Shown here piece after piece: positions 28,602 to 38,664 of a stretch of DNA of 64,000 nt; the first letter of the stretch is position 1; each line of letters begins with the position of its first letter. A program made the position numbers and the translations under genes. Under the pieces are notes generated by a model. The model saw nothing but the letters and a program-made list of their open reading frames with translations, searched no databases and had not been told where the DNA came from. The stretch covers positions 96,001-160,000 of the forward strand of contig CAWHVC010000001.1 of assembly GCA_963832745.1 (NCBI GenBank), read 5' to 3'. Origin of the DNA: Candidatus Bathyarchaeota archaeon (GTDB taxonomy: Archaea; Thermoproteota; Bathyarchaeia; Bathyarchaeales; Bathycorpusculaceae).

Positions 28602-30159
28602 CGAAGAATTTGTTAATGCAATTGAAAACAAGCTAAACGGGAAAGTCCAAATTAAAGTTGGCGCTTTAGGAAAAGCCGCAATAACCGTAAACAATGGGTT
28701 GCACCGAGATGTCGTTAAAGCTATGATTGAAGCAGATGACCAAACCTCGATTGTAGCCATTACAGGGCTGGACTTAGGTGAAAACCTTGGTATCTACTAC
28801 CATTTCAGAACTCAAAGCGGTTATTATACGATCGTTGCAGAAGTTCCTAAAGATAACCCGCACATTCAAACAATTACTGACATTGTTCCAGGTGCACTTT
28901 TCGCTGAAATGGAAGTAAACGATCTAGTCGGTGCAGTATTTGATGGTCACCCATCTCCCGGTCGCTTGGTATTATCCGAGAACTGGCCTGAAGGCGTTTA
29001 TCCTCTGCGGAAAGATGTTATTGCAAACCAAGTTAAACTAGTGCCAGCCAAGGAATCTCCAAACGAGCCAGAGGACAACAAAACAGTCAAAATAATCATC
29101 GGTCCACAACACCCAGCATTAATTGAACCTGAAAAATTCTCAGTCACCGTTGAAGGCGAAATAGTAACAAAAGTTGAACCAAGAATAGGATACGTTCACA
29201 GAGGTATCGAAAAATCTGCCGAATCAAGAACTTACGTTCAGGACGTTTACTTAGTTGAACGCGTCTGCGGCATCTGCAACGGTCCACATGCTTGGACATT
29301 TTCTGGTGCAGTAGAAAAAATCCTAAACGTGAATGTTCCAAGACGTGCACAATTCATACGTGTTATCACTTTGGAACTTAACAGAATCCACAGCCACCTC
29401 TTGGTTTTAGGCCACGCAGGACTAGAAATAGGCTACGAAACTCTATTCCAGTATTTCTGGCGGGACCGAGAACCAATCATGGACTTAATTGAATTAACCT
29501 GTGGTAACCGCGTTTACGAATCAATGATTTCCATGGGCGGAGTGCGACGAGACCTAAAGGAAGCTGACTCTCCAAGAATAAAATCAGTCCTTGAGGACCT
29601 TCGAAAGAAAATCCCATTCTACAAGCAGTTATACGAAAACGAGCCAACTATCAGGGCACGTATGCATGGCGTTGGTGTTCTTAAACGTGAAGATGCCATC
29701 AGCTTGGGTGTTGTTGGTCCAGTTGCCAGAGCCTCCGGTTACGCGATTGATGTACGCAAGGATGAACCTTACGAGGTTTATGGTGAAATTCCGTTTAAAG
29801 AAATTGTTTACACTGAAGGCGATACTTGGGCAAGAATGAATGTTCGAATGGATGAAGTTGAAGAAAGCATAAACATCATTGAGTACGCTCTTGATAACAT
29901 GCCTAAGGGTCCGATTAAAGTTGACGTTCCACGAGAAATAATAAAAGGCGAATCTGTTAACGCTTGCGAAGCTCCCAGAGGCGAACTTTTCTATTACGTT
30001 AAAAGTAACGGCACCGAAATGCCTGACCGAGTGAAAGTGCGAACGCCAACATTTGCTAATTTACCATCGTTCCTTAAAACTGCAATAGGCGAAAGCATAG
30101 CCGATGTCCCAGCGAACTTTGTAAGTTTAGACCCATGCTTCTCATGCACAGACAGGTGA
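28588..30159 (+). CDS. Group 4 [NiFe]-hydrogenase large subunit, NuoC-NuoD fusion
   Basis: NuoC-like N-domain (YPLRKD); GPQHP, GYVHRGIEK, L1 ERVCGIC, L2 DPCFSCTDR at the C-terminus. Confidence 0.92.
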   Translation: MQKSSEEFVNAIENKLNGKVQIKVGALGKAAITVNNGLHRDVVKAMIEADDQTSIVAITGLDLGENLGIYYHFRTQSGYYTIVAEVPKDNPHIQTITDIVPGALFAEMEVNDLVGAVFDGHPSPGRLVLSENWPEGVYPLRKDVIANQVKLVPAKESPNEPEDNKTVKIIIGPQHPALIEPEKFSVTVEGEIVTKVEPRIGYVHRGIEKSAESRTYVQDVYLVERVCGICNGPHAWTFSGAVEKILNVNVPRRAQFIRVITLELNRIHSHLLVLGHAGLEIGYETLFQYFWRDREPIMDLIELTCGNRVYESMISMGGVRRDLKEADSPRIKSVLEDLRKKIPFYKQLYENEPTIRARMHGVGVLKREDAISLGVVGPVARASGYAIDVRKDEPYEVYGEIPFKEIVYTEGDTWARMNVRMDEVEESINIIEYALDNMPKGPIKVDVPREIIKGESVNACEAPRGELFYYVKSNGTEMPDRVKVRTPTFANLPSFLKTAIGESIADVPANFVSLDPCFSCTDR

Positions 30160-30165
30160 TACAAA

Positions 30166-31158
30166 ATGATTGACTATTTCCTCTTAATCTTTAGGATCCT
30201 CATCTTCCCTGGTTTCACATTCATATTAACTTTAACACTGTTCTGCGACTGGATAGAACGAAAACTAGAAGCACGCATTCAAAACCGTGTAGGTCCAATG
30301 GTCGCTGGACCAGGAGGTATCCTGCAACCTCTAGCCGATTTTATAAAATTATTAACAAAAGAAGACATTGAACCCCGAGACACAAAACGTTTTGTCTTCA
30401 AATTCGCGCCTTTGGCCGCGTTTGCAATGATGGTTTTCGCTTTCTGCTTTTTGCCGATTGATGGTGCAAGTGTGCTGTCAACAGGCGGCTTCAGCGGCGA
30501 TTTGATTGTTATTTTATCTTTCGCAACAATAGCTAACTTTATCATGTTCCTAGCAGGTTGGGCATCAAACAATCCCTATGGTACAATCGGCTCAGCCAGA
30601 GTCTTAACGCAATTCTTAGGCTACGACATTCCATTATACATACTTGCACTTTCACCCGCATTCCTTGCAGGCACCTTAAACATTTTTGGCATAGTACAAG
30701 GCCAAACTGTCTTACCATTTCTGCTGTTAGCTCCATGGGCTTTTGTGCTGTTCATAATTGCAATGCAGGCAGAACTTGAAAAAGATCCATTCGATGTGCC
30801 CCACTCTGAATCAGAGGTTGTCGGTGGATTAGAAACTGAATATACTGGCGCTAAATTGGCTTTTCTACATTTAACACGTGACGTGCAGGTAGTATTTGGC
30901 GCAGCTTTAATAACAGAATTGTTCCTTGGCGGATTCAATGGGCCAGTATTCTTTGGGTTCCCTGCCTTCTGGTATTCCTTATGGTTCATCCTTAAGGTGA
31001 TAGTAGTCGTAATAATTAGCGAATACTTAACAACCATATTTGCAAGGCTACGTATTGACCAAGTATTGAACTTGAACTGGAAAATAATGTTGCCTGGCGC
31101 AATACTCTCGCTGCTTGCAACAGCATTAGTAGTCTGGATAATTCCGATGGTGATGTAA
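30166..31158 (+). CDS. Membrane subunit H (NuoH/HycD homolog)
   Basis: ERKLEARIQNRVGP, QPLADFIKLLTKE, PFDVPHSESE. Confidence 0.92.
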   Translation: MIDYFLLIFRILIFPGFTFILTLTLFCDWIERKLEARIQNRVGPMVAGPGGILQPLADFIKLLTKEDIEPRDTKRFVFKFAPLAAFAMMVFAFCFLPIDGASVLSTGGFSGDLIVILSFATIANFIMFLAGWASNNPYGTIGSARVLTQFLGYDIPLYILALSPAFLAGTLNIFGIVQGQTVLPFLLLAPWAFVLFIIAMQAELEKDPFDVPHSESEVVGGLETEYTGAKLAFLHLTRDVQVVFGAALITELFLGGFNGPVFFGFPAFWYSLWFILKVIVVVIISEYLTTIFARLRIDQVLNLNWKIMLPGAILSLLATALVVWIIPMVM

Positions 31159-31160
31159 AC

Positions 31161-31598
31161 ATGGGACGCAGAAAAGCAGTAACTACAATCGTTAAACGAA
31201 CAGTCTCACACATATTCACTAAACCCGCAACAACAAAGTATCCATTCGTAAAACCAAAACTTCCAGAAAACTTCCGCGGTCAACCACAATACAACCTCAC
31301 ATACTGTAACGTTATCTCTTTAGGCAACCCCAATTTTGGTTTTGACGTAAAATCAATCGTTGGTTCAGCATGCAGCGTTTGCGCACGCGACTGTCCAGTT
31401 GGAGCTATAACAATTGTTGAATGTGATGGAAAACGTCGTCCACAATTCGACTTTAACAAATGCATCTTCTGCAATCAATGTGTAGAAAGTTGCCCAAGAA
31501 AAGCTATTGTTAATTCAGACGTTTACGAGTTAGCGACGGTAGACAAAAAAGCGTTAGTTAGAAAACCTAACCCAAACAGTCAGGAGGAAAAACAATGA
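31161..31598 (+). CDS. 2[4Fe-4S] subunit I (NuoI homolog)
   Basis: KPATTKYPF, FRG, C-x21-CSVCARDCP, CIFCNQCVESCP. Confidence 0.88.
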   Translation: MGRRKAVTTIVKRTVSHIFTKPATTKYPFVKPKLPENFRGQPQYNLTYCNVISLGNPNFGFDVKSIVGSACSVCARDCPVGAITIVECDGKRRPQFDFNKCIFCNQCVESCPRKAIVNSDVYELATVDKKALVRKPNPNSQEEKQ

Positions 31599-32056
31599 TT
31601 TTTGAAATCTTATCCGTTGGTATAATCGTTTCAGCCTGCTTAGCATTGTTCCTTGACGAAGTGCAATATGCCGTAGCAGCCTTGTCCGCAACCTTCCTGT
31701 TTACAGCGTTAATTTACGCCCTAAACAATTCAATCTACGGTGCTGTCTTCCAATTCGCTGTCGGTATAGGCACATTAGCTATATTGTTCCTTTCCGGTGA
31801 AATGCTTAGCGAAAAAACAAAAAAGAAAACTTCACCTGGAAAATTTGCCGCTTTAGTTGGAGGCGGTATCGGGCTATCTTTACCCGCAGTTTTTCTTTCC
31901 GTTTCTGGGTCACCCGGCGCAACTTCTGACGCCACATTTGGACCTGCCTTGTGGGATCTTCGAGGCTTAGATGTTGTTTTACAGGCAGTTGTCGTTTTGA
32001 CGATTGCTTTGGGAATCTTTATTGTTTTATACCAGAAAAAGAGAGGTGCCCAATAA
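31595..32056 (+). CDS. Membrane subunit J (NuoJ homolog)
   Basis: 5 TM; FQFAVGIG; LWDLRGLDVVLQ; position in operon. Confidence 0.75.
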   Translation: MIFEILSVGIIVSACLALFLDEVQYAVAALSATFLFTALIYALNNSIYGAVFQFAVGIGTLAILFLSGEMLSEKTKKKTSPGKFAALVGGGIGLSLPAVFLSVSGSPGATSDATFGPALWDLRGLDVVLQAVVVLTIALGIFIVLYQKKRGAQ

Positions 32057-32370
32057 TGGACTTTGTAATCTTATCAATCGTGATGTTGTCAATCGGCATC
32101 TACGGCTTGCTAACCAACCGTAATCTCATCAAAGTATTCATTTCACTTGAGTTAATCGCTATAGCCGCCACCTTGAACTTTATCATGTTTGCTATGGGTC
32201 AGGGGCTTGGTGAAGCTTTAATGATAATTGCGTTTTCAACAGATACCGCTGTAAGTGCAGTCATCCTTGCAGTACTAGTTATCTTATCTAAAAAGTATGG
32301 AATAAGCGACATCAGCAAGATTCCGCAGATACTTCAAAATAAAGAAGAAGAAAAAGAGGTTGAAGCATAA
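32056..32370 (+). CDS. Membrane subunit K (NuoK homolog)
   Basis: GIYGLLTNRNLIKVFISLEL; ATG overlaps the J stop. Confidence 0.85.
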   Translation: MDFVILSIVMLSIGIYGLLTNRNLIKVFISLELIAIAATLNFIMFAMGQGLGEALMIIAFSTDTAVSAVILAVLVILSKKYGISDISKIPQILQNKEEEKEVEA

Positions 32371-34303
32371 TGTCAATCGAAGTTATCTCCGCATGGCTAG
32401 TTTGGATACTCCCCCTCTTCGCAAGTTTACTTGTTCCAATAATTGGTAAATATAGCGAAAAAGCACGCAACTGGTTTGTAGTAGCCATTGCAGCTTTAAC
32501 CGCCGGCTTAGCCGTTTCCTTGGTGCCTTCTGTCTGGGAAGGCGAAGGAATAGCAATAACAAGCACTTTCCCATGGATACCTCAAATAAGCGCAGGCGTT
32601 TTCATTGACCCGTTAAGCGTACTCTTCACCTGCCTAATTGCCTTCTTCGCGTTAATCATTGCAGTCTACTCAATCGGTTACATGAAAGGCGAAAACGGTT
32701 TAACCCGTTACTACTACCTCATATTGCTCTTTATCGGTTCCATGATTGGGTTAGTTCTCGCCGATAACATGCTACAAATGTTCATTTTCTGGGAAATGGT
32801 TGGCTTATGTAGTTACGCTTTGATTTCATTCTGGTATAAAAAACCTGAATCAATCCGTGCAGGTGTCAAAGTTTTCATAATGACCCGCATCGGAGATGCT
32901 TGTCTACTTGGCGCCATCGGTCTGCTGTACTATATGTTTACGACACTTAGTTTCCGAGGAATAATTGATGGAATCCAAGCAGGCGGCTACAACACGGAGT
33001 TGATGATTGTAGTTGCATTCCTTGTCTTAGGCGGTGCGGTCGCAAAATCAGCACAACTCCCACTATTCACTTGGCTCTACAGCGCAATGGAAGCACCAAC
33101 ATCCGTCAGCGCCCTATTGCACGCTGCCACAATGGTTAAAGCTGGTGTTTACCTGCTTGCAAGATTCATCCTGATCTTCTCAGTTGCACCCAGCACTAAT
33201 CGAGGCATTGATACCATCATGGTTTCCAACAATCGCATGGATAGGCGTCTTAACAGCCTTAATTGGTGCAACACTCGCCTTAACAACCACCGACATCAAA
33301 GGAGTCCTCGCATACTCAACCATCAGCCAAATCGGTTTCATGATGGCAGCTTTAGGGGCATCTGCAGTAATGCTAGAAGCGTTGCAACTATCGGCGAAGG
33401 CTGGTTTGCAAGCTCTATTCCACATGGTTAGCCATGCTTTCTTCGAAGGTCTCGGCTTCCTCTTGGCAGGTGGCATAATTCACGCCATCGGCACTCGTGA
33501 CATGCGGTCTGATGGGCGGCTACGGAAAGCTATGCCGATCAGCTTTGCATTGATGGCTATAATGATTATAACTACAAGCGGTTTACCGCCTTTTGCAGCA
33601 TTCTTTAGCAAAGGCTTAATCTTAGAAAGCGTCACCGGAATCGCAACAACCGCAGGCATAATACAACTAATAATTGCTCTACCTAACTGCTGCACTTACA
33701 TTTGCTTACTGTGTCCGTATGTTCAGTTTAGTATTCATGGGCAAGGAATCAGAACACCTGCAGAAACAGCACATTCACGAAGCACCAAAAATCATGCTTG
33801 TCCCTGCGATGATTCTTGCAGGTTTATGCATTATCTGGGGTATCGCGCAACCATTAGTTGGCGAATTCATGCATGTTGAAACACCGAGTTTACTTTCCGC
33901 TTTCACAAGCTTAGAATTCCCAATCTTCATTGCACTGCTTATCCCCACAGGTATAATTGCATACTTAACCTACTACAAAGGCTTCAACGCATTACGCAAC
34001 GTTGCAAGAACAAACAACCCCTTATCCTCACTGCTAAGACATGCATACTTCTTTGACGACTTCTACAATGCAATCGCAAAAGGCCTAACCAAAATCTCAG
34101 AAGGGCTCACAATAATAGAAAACACCTTGTTCGGACGCTACGTTGATGAACTTGGCGCAAAAATCAGTGACGCAGCAAAACCTGGCAAAGCATTGAAACT
34201 AAAACAAGACCCTTCATCAAACTACCGCAACTACTTGGCAGCAGCATTGCTTGGCTTCATACTGATCGTCATATTGATAATCTTAACCATAGGAGTGATC
34301 TAA
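32370..34303 (+). CDS. Antiporter-like subunit L (NuoL homolog); frameshifts near 33190 and 33673 plus a compensated pair near 33506-33520
   Basis: FWEMVGLCSY, AKSAQLPLFTWL..AMEAPTSVSALLHAATMV, AYSTISQIG, HAFF, FFSKGLIL, HEAP, YFFDDFY across three frames. Confidence 0.88.
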
Positions 34304-34304
34304 G

Positions 34305-35913
34305 ATGTTTCCAGCATTACTATCAATCTTTGCAATATCTTCCATAAGCATCCCGTTCGTTTACCTAACTGGAAAGAAATCCCCTAAAGCAGCGGCAATC
34401 TTTGTCGCATTAATCGCCCTTATCAACATAGGTTTAGTAGCAAGCACAATCCCAACAGTGCTAGACAGCAGCGCCCACCAATGGATAGAATCCTACAAGT
34501 GGATTCCAAACCTAAACAACACACAGTTCACCCTTTTTGTTGACGGCATGAGTGTATCCATCGCATTAATCAGCTTAGTGCTGATTTTTGTTGCCTCACT
34601 TTACAGCGTAAACTACATGGCAGGCAAAAAGAACCTGCCCGTCTACTATGCACTTCTATGCATGCTTTCAGTCGGCTTAATCGGTGTTTTTCTAACATCA
34701 AACATGATTCTCTTCTATTTCTGCTGGGAACTCATGCTTGTACCCGCCTACTTCATAGTCGGAGAATGGGGATACCGCAACAGCTACAAGTCAGCCCTTA
34801 AACTCTTTATATTCACTCACGCTGGGCGCAGTCTTTGTACTGCTGGGCATAGGTGCAATCTATTGGCAGACAGGCGGCTTAACCGACATGTTCCAAGCAC
34901 AACAGGCACTTTTGACCGCCAGTCCCGACATCGTAAGATTAGTTCTTATAGCTTTCACTGCAGGTTTTGCGGTTAAAATGGCAGTGTTTCCAGTACACAT
35001 GTGGCTACCTGATGCCCACTCAGAAGCTCCAGCACCAATGTCTGCACTCTTAAGCGGTGTTATTATTAGCGCAGGCGCTTATGCAATTCTAAGATTATCC
35101 TTCGGCATCGTTTTCCCAGCAGTCGGCGTAGACTTTGGAACAGGTTTTCTATACACGCTTTCAATCATTGCTGTCGTCACAGCTTTCTTTGGTTCATTCC
35201 TTGCACTATTCGCAACAGACATCAAACGTGTCATTGCATACTCAAGCATTTCACACATGGGCTATATCATGTTCGGCATTTCACTGTTCCCAATTAGCGT
35301 AGCAGGAGGAACCGCAGTAGTGCTTGCATCATCAATCGCAATAACCGGTACGATACTTCACATAATCACTCACGCAGCAAGCAAAGGCCTCTTCTTCCTT
35401 ACCGCAGGCGGAGTAATGCACCAAACAGAAGAACGAGACATCCGCAAAATGGGTGGCTTAGCAAGTAAAATGCCGTTCTCAACTGTCTCTGGAATGATTG
35501 CAGCCTTAAGCATTGCCGGCGCGCCACCACTAGCCTGTTTTGTCAGCGAATTCTTCATCTTCATGGGTGCATTCCAAGTTATCGACGGCAACGCAAACTC
35601 ATTTTACGTTATACCCACAGCCTTAATGCTTGTAGCAACAGTATTCTCACTGGCCTACTCGCTACGGTTCATTTCTAAAGTTTTCCTTGGAACAGCCCCT
35701 GGCGAAGTAGTAGAAGACGCTCACAGCGCACACGGAACAACCACTCCAGCTGAACATGTAGAGGCACATGGACACAAAATCGTTGATATACCAAACTACA
35801 TGAAAGTAGCCTTGGCAATCTTGGTGGTTTTGGTTGTTTTAATCGGAATCTACCCAACGTTCTTCATGAATCTAATTCAAACAGTAACATTTGGAGGAGC
35901 AGTAATAGCTTAA
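34305..35913 (+). CDS. Antiporter-like subunit M (NuoM homolog); frameshift in GGG at 34824-34826
   Basis: FYFCWELMLVPAY; FAVKMAVFPVHMWLPDAHSEAP; AYSSISHMG. Confidence 0.88.
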
Positions 35914-35926
35914 AAGGTGAAAACTG

Positions 35927-37447
35927 ATGGTTGAAATCATTGATGTATTGTTACCAATATTCACACTAATCGTTGCCGCACTATTGACAATTCCTGTATT
36001 CAGAGTGGCCCGCAAAAGCAGTAACTACAAAAACACGATAGCCATTGCATGGTTTATTGCAATCTTTGCCATTGTAGGCATAAGCGTTGCAAACCTGACC
36101 TTAAACTACTTCAGCGTTGCAGACCCAACAGCTTTAAACATAAACATTAACGGCAATACAGCTTCACCATTCCAAAGCTCCTTCCTAATCGATGCGCTAT
36201 CCCTTTACATGGCAATAATAATGGTTGCCGTCAGTATCGTAGTCATCGTTTACAGCGTATTCTTCTTAAACTCCGCTGAACGCCCAACAGACCGGTATTT
36301 CGCCGTGATGCTAATGCTCACCGCAGCACTACTTGGCGCAGTATTTGCAGGCGACCTCTTAACTCTATTTATATTCTGGGAAATCGCCACCGTTGCTGCA
36401 GCATTCCTTATGATGTTCCGCAAGAACGCGTTTAGCATTAATGCTACAATGAAATTCCTCATTATGGTTATCATCGCTTCAGCGTTTGTCCTCTTAGGTC
36501 TATCACTTGTATTCGGCATAACTGGCAGCTTAAATTACATAGCCGTAAGCAGTGCAATAGGCACAGTCAGTTCATCCAACATGCCTCTTCTAATAATCGC
36601 CTTCGTATTCATCGCTGCAGGCTACGCAATTGAAGCAGCAATCGTGCCCTTCCACTTCTGGCTACCTGACGCCTACACTGCTGCACCAGCACCATCAGCA
36701 GCATTCCTTTCTGCACTTGTAGACCAAGGTGCTTACTACATCCTCATCAGAATACTACTCTACATTATACTACCGCCTGGACAGGGACCAATCGACTGGA
36801 CAATAATGCTTGCAGTCCTAGCCGCCTTAACTATGATCGTCGGCAACATCTTTGCACTTGTACAAAATGACATCAAACGCTTAATAGCATACATCTGCGT
36901 CGCTGATGTCGGCTACAATCTCATAGCAATTACCAGCGCAACCGCCCTGGGCGTCACAGGAAACCTGTACTTCTTCTTAATCGGTGGCTTAACCACAGCA
37001 CTCGCCTTCATGACCGTAGGCATAATGAACAGTCACGGCTTCAAAACACTTGACGACGTAGCAGGAATCGGCAAAAAAATGCCATGGGTCAGCATAGCCT
37101 TAATCATCGCAGGTTTATCTTTTGCAGGTGTACCACCCTTTGGCGGTTTTATGGCAAAATACTTTGTATTCACAGCTGCAATAGAGGCAAACTACAGTTG
37201 GCTAGCAGTTATCGGTGTATTAACAAGTGTCCTTCAAACAGCATACATATTCCGACTCGCTAACACAATGTACGGCAAACAAGCAAAAGATGACAAGACA
37301 ATAGCTTTCAAGATGAACAAGAAAGTCTTCATCCCCATCTTCATCATGGCCGCTGCAATCTTCATCTTGGGCTTATTCCCCAACCTTGTACTGCAACTCA
37401 TACAGCCAGTCATCAACCAACTGCCATTCCTAACCCTCTTAATTTAA
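35927..37447 (+). CDS. Antiporter-like subunit N (NuoN homolog)
   Basis: FIFWE, VPFHFWLPDAY, KRLIAY, GVPPFGGFMAK. Confidence 0.88.
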   Translation: MVEIIDVLLPIFTLIVAALLTIPVFRVARKSSNYKNTIAIAWFIAIFAIVGISVANLTLNYFSVADPTALNININGNTASPFQSSFLIDALSLYMAIIMVAVSIVVIVYSVFFLNSAERPTDRYFAVMLMLTAALLGAVFAGDLLTLFIFWEIATVAAAFLMMFRKNAFSINATMKFLIMVIIASAFVLLGLSLVFGITGSLNYIAVSSAIGTVSSSNMPLLIIAFVFIAAGYAIEAAIVPFHFWLPDAYTAAPAPSAAFLSALVDQGAYYILIRILLYIILPPGQGPIDWTIMLAVLAALTMIVGNIFALVQNDIKRLIAYICVADVGYNLIAITSATALGVTGNLYFFLIGGLTTALAFMTVGIMNSHGFKTLDDVAGIGKKMPWVSIALIIAGLSFAGVPPFGGFMAKYFVFTAAIEANYSWLAVIGVLTSVLQTAYIFRLANTMYGKQAKDDKTIAFKMNKKVFIPIFIMAAAIFILGLFPNLVLQLIQPVINQLPFLTLLI

Positions 37448-37507
37448 AACAAAATCTGCCTAGCTGCAACATGCAATAGGCTAATACTTTTTTTAAAAAA
37501 TGAGTTT

Positions 37508-38608
37508 TTAGACGGCTATTTCTTCAGACAAGCCGCCTGCTGGATAAGGAAACACATGTGCCTTCTCAATTGGGTAGACTATTGTTATGCCGTCGCCAAC
37601 ATTAAGCCATTCGTCAGTCAAAGATGGCTTGTTAATAACAAATTTATCGCCATTAGTAAGCCGAATATCATAACGGATGAAGGTTCCTTCAAACGTCACT
37701 TTTTCAATGTTACCTGCGAAACCGTTCTCTTCAGCAAGAGTGCCTTTATTCATGACACAAATTTCTGGACGAATAGCAAGAACGATTCGGTCATCTTGCT
37801 TGATGGTTTTGCTATAAGCTTTTGCTTTAAGTCCATCACGTAGTTCGATTTCAACGGTTTCTCCAGCAATCTTTTTAGCATATCCAATTAGAAAGTTTGA
37901 TTCTCCAATAAAGTATGCAACAAAAAGACTGTTCGGTTTCATGTATAACTCTTGAGGTGTGCCTATTTGAACGATTTTACCTTTCTTCATTACTGCGATT
38001 CTGTCAGAAATTGACATTGCTTCAGCTTGGTCATGCGTTACATGAATTGCTGTGAGACTGAGATCTTTTGTCATGCGGCGGATTTCATAACGGATTTCAT
38101 TACGAACTTTTGCGTCTAATTGACCCATTGGTTCGTCAAGTAGAAGGATTTTGCCTCCTGCTGCTAAGGCTCTGGCTACTGCGATGCGTTGCATCATGCC
38201 TCCGCTGAGTTCGCTGGGGTAAGCGTTTAGACGTTCATTGAGTTTTACGAGTTCTAAGACTTCGTGGCCGATGGTTTCAGCTTTTTTTTCGTCATAATTT
38301 TTTACTTTTGGTCCATATAAGACGTTGTCCCATGTGGTCATGTGGGGGAATAATGCGAATGTTTGGAAGACAAAGCCGATGTCTCGGTCTTCTGGTGGAA
38401 CATTATCAACGCGTTTGTCGCCGATGTAGATTTCTCCGCTGTCTGGCTCGATTAGTCCTGCGATTAGTCGTAGCAGGGTGGTTTTGCCGCATCCGCTGGG
38501 TCCCAGCAGTGAAAAGTATTCTTTGTCTTTTATCGTTAAGCTAACGTTGTTTAATGCGTAAAGGTCGCCGTATTTTTTTGTGACGTTGACTACTCTGATA
38601 TCAGGCAT
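37508..38608 (-). CDS. ABC importer ATP-binding subunit (PotA/FbpC-like, TOBE domain)
   Basis: GPSGCGKTT, FQTFALFPH, LSGGMMQR, VTHDQAEA. Confidence 0.92.
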   Translation of the reverse strand: MPDIRVVNVTKKYGDLYALNNVSLTIKDKEYFSLLGPSGCGKTTLLRLIAGLIEPDSGEIYIGDKRVDNVPPEDRDIGFVFQTFALFPHMTTWDNVLYGPKVKNYDEKKAETIGHEVLELVKLNERLNAYPSELSGGMMQRIAVARALAAGGKILLLDEPMGQLDAKVRNEIRYEIRRMTKDLSLTAIHVTHDQAEAMSISDRIAVMKKGKIVQIGTPQELYMKPNSLFVAYFIGESNFLIGYAKKIAGETVEIELRDGLKAKAYSKTIKQDDRIVLAIRPEICVMNKGTLAEENGFAGNIEKVTFEGTFIRYDIRLTNGDKFVINKPSLTDEWLNVGDGITIVYPIEKAHVFPYPAGGLSEEIAV

Positions 38609-38664
38609 TAATTTTCATCTGCCTACTCATTTTTTTCCTTCTGAGTTTTTTATCGTTTATCATT

